Below, one piece after another: positions 61,134 through 64,000 of a stretch of DNA of 64,000 nucleotides. Source of the stretch: an uncultured delta proteobacterium (GTDB lineage Bacteria > Bdellovibrionota > FAC87 > UBA2466); NCBI GenBank assembly GCA_963778115.1, contig CAVZSV010000001.1:65011-129010 (forward strand). The letters run 5' to 3'. The notes beneath the pieces are model-generated. The model did no database searches, was not told where the DNA came from, and saw nothing but the letters and a program-made list of their open reading frames with translations. Every line of letters begins with the position of its first letter. Position 1 is the stretch's first letter. The translations under genes were made by a program, and so were the position numbers.

Positions 61134-61417
61134 CCCGCGCTGCGTGTGGATATCAATTGCTCGTAGACTGGAAACCTAATTACCTTCCCCGGAGGAGTGC
61201 GTGGTCCACCTGGTTTTGGAAGGTTGGGAGTTCCAAGGGTTCGGGCAATCAGACAAAGTGAATACACAAAACAGAAAAACACGCTCAACCTCGATACTGA
61301 GACAATGATGCCGCCTCCAAAAGTCATGGACCAATGAAAGTTGCTTTTCATACCAAGGTAGACTGCGACTGCAATGCTACCCAGATAGACGTTCCTTCTG
61401 AAGATAAAAGGCACCAT
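61124..61417 (-). CDS. Small membrane protein
   Basis: 97 aa with two predicted TM helices. Confidence 0.3.
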   Translation of the reverse strand: MVPFIFRRNVYLGSIAVAVYLGMKSNFHWSMTFGGGIIVSVSRLSVFFCFVYSLCLIARTLGTPNLPKPGGPRTPPGKVIRFPVYEQLISTRSAGCR

Positions 61418-61505
61418 TCTATCCGATAATAGCAGTGCCGAATTACAGGACGATGAATTCTTGATTACATTTGATCATCTTAGATGAGTGACTTAACGCC
61501 ATGCT

Positions 61506-61775
61506 TTAGGCGACGTCCCGTTTTTCTACAATAACCATTTTCCTTTTTTTCTTCGTCGGAGTTTCTGCGTTAAAGTAACTATCGGTTACCTGCTCCCGCC
61601 AGCGCTTAAATCGCCCGGTAAGACCCGACAGGTTCGATCTGATTTGAGCTGGAAGCGCCGCTATTTCAGACAACACTTCGCGTGGCAGTCCCAACTCAAG
61701 CTCCCCCGCGAACCCGGAGAGCTTCAGATAAAGGAGGTACTCAGTGTCTTTTGTCGTTCCAAATTTAAGTCGCAT
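61506..61775 (-). CDS. Hypothetical protein
   Basis: 89-aa ORF. Confidence 0.25.
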   Translation of the reverse strand: MRLKFGTTKDTEYLLYLKLSGFAGELELGLPREVLSEIAALPAQIRSNLSGLTGRFKRWREQVTDSYFNAETPTKKKRKMVIVEKRDVA

Positions 61776-62022
61776 GCCTAATTCCTTTCATTCGTTCGAA
61801 TTAACACGATCTGCAATATAGTCTTTCTTCATTACAGGAGAATGAATTTAGGATGATTTTTCGCGTAAGGTCACTTTAGGGACCCATCGAAGAAGAGCGA
61901 GTTTGAGCCAGTCATTGAGCCCAAGAGAGGCGATGAGCGAGCCGAAAAAAGCAACGGCGATCGCTGGCGTTCGAACCGTTGGGCCTGCGAGAATCAGGCG
62001 ATTCCATAACCACCGCGCAAGT

Positions 62023-62439
62023 TCAAGAAGCCACCTTTTGAGATCCTTCAGAAAGTCCTTCGAGCGCTCGCTCGAGTTTTTGATCCGCTTCACCGGCCAG
62101 CTTTACCAGACGATCATCCCCCAGCATTTCCATAATGGCCGAGGGGCGCACGAATTCCACCGACATCCGGCCAGAACCCAAGTCTCGAACGACTGCATTA
62201 CAGGGAAGAAGACTCGCGACATCGGGATTCGCCACGTAGGCTTCGTAGGCAAGGTTCGGATTACAAGCCCCCAGAATGACGGTGGCGGCAATATCCTTTC
62301 CCGTCTTTTCTTTTATCTTCGAGTGGAGATCGATACGGGTAAGAACTCCGAAACCCTCTTGCTTCAGCGCGTTCGTCGCTTGGGCAACGATATCTTCCAG
62401 ATTACCAATGACCGTTCGCTTGAAGTTAATCTTGTTCAT
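62023..62439 (-). CDS. DUF302 domain protein
   Basis: ...GFGVLTRIDLH...ATVILGACNPNLAYEA...LLPCNAVV matches the DUF302 consensus. The +-strand ORF 61903-62445 is its shadow. Confidence 0.65.
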   Translation of the reverse strand: MNKINFKRTVIGNLEDIVAQATNALKQEGFGVLTRIDLHSKIKEKTGKDIAATVILGACNPNLAYEAYVANPDVASLLPCNAVVRDLGSGRMSVEFVRPSAIMEMLGDDRLVKLAGEADQKLERALEGLSEGSQKVAS

Positions 62440-62449
62440 GGATAGTGCC

Positions 62450-62803
62450 TCAATCCTTCTTCTCGGGTTCGGTGCCGCCCTCTTTCATCATCCTGTGCTT
62501 ACCACGCATCCCGCGATGCATTCCCTTCATCCCGTACATCTCTTCCATCATAGGACAATGGTCTTCTTTCGCCATTGGGCATTCCTTTTTCATTTGCTCG
62601 TGACATTCAGACATCGGCTTATCGGAGCGTAAGCACTCAGCCATCTTCTTGTGCATATCGGCCATCTTGTCCATCAGGTCTGCGCGCTTTACGCGCTCTT
62701 CTTTGGTAAGCTCTGGCATTTTCTTGGTGTCGTCGTTGGCGCGACCCACGGGCGACTGAAGAATAAACATGGAAAGGACTAACAACGTTGCAAAGCGCAT
62801 CAT
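62450..62803 (-). CDS. Periplasmic Met/His-rich protein with a CpxP/Spy-like LTxxE segment. It is a candidate metal-binding stress protein
   Basis: Signal peptide. LTKEERVKRADLMDKMADMHKKM. The C-terminus has MxxM/H-rich clusters (HCPMMEEMYGMKGMHRGMRGKHRMM). Confidence 0.45.
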   Translation of the reverse strand: MMRFATLLVLSMFILQSPVGRANDDTKKMPELTKEERVKRADLMDKMADMHKKMAECLRSDKPMSECHEQMKKECPMAKEDHCPMMEEMYGMKGMHRGMRGKHRMMKEGGTEPEKKD

Positions 62804-63000
62804 AGGAACCTCTTCTGGCTAGTTAGGTTTAACTGCATCCACTTATAGTGCAAGTCACGCACCATGTATTGGCTCCAGCTCAGACAGAGTTCAGTTGATT
62901 CGAGAGACAAATAGTCCCGAAGTTTTCGCCTTTCGTCCCATCACGGGCCTTTGCCGGGCTCGTCGAACCGGCATCCCAGCTACAGAAGCATTGCGAGAAA

Positions 63001-63357
63001 TCACTGAAAAAAGCGGTACCTCTCCACAACCCAGACAAAAGCCAAGGCCAACACGATGAACACCAAGAGACCTAATCCTATTGAGCGATTCGATCCAAGC
63101 TTCGGAGCGGTATAGGCAATAACGGCCATATAAGGAACCCAGGAAACCAGCGTTCCCACCAACACGAACTTAGAATGCTGGCTTACGGCCACCGCGTCTT
63201 TGGCCGCGCCGATGAAAAAGTAGGAGACGATGGTAAATACCGGAACCAAAGCCGCGAATCCTGACCAGGTTCTAAGTCCGCTTTCTTCTAACCCGACAAT
63301 GAGTGCCGTCACTGTCCCTCCGATCAAAAAGGTCACTAGGAATCCAGAAAATGTCAT
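63001..63357 (-). CDS. 4-TM small membrane protein
   Basis: 118 aa and uniformly hydrophobic. Confidence 0.4.
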   Translation of the reverse strand: MTFSGFLVTFLIGGTVTALIVGLEESGLRTWSGFAALVPVFTIVSYFFIGAAKDAVAVSQHSKFVLVGTLVSWVPYMAVIAYTAPKLGSNRSIGLGLLVFIVLALAFVWVVERYRFFQ

Positions 63358-63473
63358 TGTGCCCTCATTTACAAAGTGCGCTCCTCTTTTATACCGCGCT
63401 GATCACGCTGACTAAGAAAAAGAAGCAGCGCTGAACCTCGATTGCAAGCGCGACCGATGCCGAGGAACATTCG

Positions 63474-63598
63474 GTGTGTTCCGCACGAAAACGCACCAAC
63501 TACCCCCTTTTACCCCTATCCTGTCCCACAAACGTCCCACAAAAAAGCGTGTGGGACGGGTACGAGCGTAGGCGGAGTTTGGCGTGGGACAGTTTTAT
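63474..63598. repeat. ~125-bp repeat, copy D, containing GTCCCACAAACGTCCCACAAAAAAGCGTGTGGGAC at 63523-63557
   Basis: About 90% identical to copy C. No 17-bp core lies upstream of it. Confidence 0.8.
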
Positions 63599-63610
63599 CC
63601 CCTCGTACCG

Positions 63611-63961
63611 TCAGGGAACGTTAGGAACCAATGGATCTAAGAGATCTGCATATCGCTTGGCCCATTCCAGCCACTTTTCCAACTGGCTTCCGCTGTCGAT
63701 TTTCCCGTGACGTTTCAAAGCGTCTGCTTCCACCGTCGCGATGTATTCCCTTATCCGATGACTTTGGTGCCAAGCTTCCACCTCTCGCCCCAGAACCTTC
63801 CGCCGTTCCTCTTCCTGTCGTTGCAACTCTAACTGTTCGTGGTATCGCAGACTTTCTTCCTGACGCTCTTTAATGAGTTTTTCGTGCCTTTCGCGCCCGA
63901 CTTTTATCGCTTCTGCCGCCTTAATTAAGCCTCTAAAGAACGAATCGAGACGCGTTTCCAA
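63611..63961 (-). CDS. Coiled-coil hypothetical protein. It may extend beyond the window
   Basis: 116-aa ORF with a charged heptad-like composition. Confidence 0.3.
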   Translation of the reverse strand: METRLDSFFRGLIKAAEAIKVGRERHEKLIKERQEESLRYHEQLELQRQEEERRKVLGREVEAWHQSHRIREYIATVEADALKRHGKIDSGSQLEKWLEWAKRYADLLDPLVPNVP

Positions 63962-64000
63962 CCTCTGCTTGTCACTATCAGACCAGCTTTTTCGACTTCC

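Noticed and set aside
61903-62445. 180-aa +-strand ORF
   Set aside because: Shadow of the DUF302 gene (62023-62439, -), which has a clear family signature.
42186-63598. Integron (attC cassette array) interpretation of the repeat-delimited modules
   Set aside because: No intI-like tyrosine recombinase or attI is present in the window. The modules are multi-gene (6-8 kb) with their own promoters. The GTCCCAC/GTGGGAC inverted repeats do not fit the RYYYAAC/GTTRRRY attC core.

Overview
This is a 64-kb bacterial chromosomal window of about 50% GC with no rRNA, tRNA or CRISPR array visible. Many of its proteins are secreted proteases. That is compatible with a predatory Bdellovibrio-like deltaproteobacterium, but this is inference only.

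The first ~41 kb looks like mixed core and accessory chromosome. Confident calls there are a DEAD-box RNA helicase, a PAS histidine kinase, MreB and CspA. Several regulators are present (MerR/TipAL, LysR, ArsR with an SRPBCC partner, YebC, a CGNR zinc-finger protein). Secreted hydrolases include a candidate M61 peptidase, S1 proteases, a caspase-like C14 peptidase, a GH5 glycosidase and an MBL-fold hydrolase. There is also a histidine kinase/receiver pair, a decayed IS remnant, and a large secreted protein ending in a DUF3883 nuclease-like domain.

From ~41 kb onward the window is a clear accessory region. A 23S-IVS/four-helix-bundle gene sits between two ~100-bp palindromic MITE-like elements. 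After it come three cargo modules of about 7.7, 5.9 and 7.6 kb, separated by homologous ~200-bp boundary elements. Each boundary shares a 17-bp core (ATGGCGGGGCGGACGGG) and a GTCCCACA direct/inverted repeat cluster.

Module 1 (42.2-49.9 kb) carries PPK2, a P3A-type H+-ATPase homolog and a MerR-regulated arsI/cadI-acr3-arsC operon. It is flanked by 280-bp direct repeats that duplicate the 3' end of the four-helix-bundle gene. Module 2 (49.9-55.8 kb) opens with an excisionase-like HTH gene. It carries what appears to be an uncharacterised Thoeris-like defense locus: three TIR proteins, a membrane-anchored SLOG protein, a 4-TM SLATT-like protein, a protein with a nucleoside-deoxyribosyltransferase-like domain plus a TPR-like domain, and a HigB/HigA pair. 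Module 3 (56.0-63.5 kb) carries a substrate-binding protein/histidine kinase/response regulator operon, UspA, DUF302 and a Met-rich CpxP-like protein.

No integrase is visible in the window. The most interesting findings are the multi-TIR/SLOG/SLATT locus and the repeat-delimited modular array.
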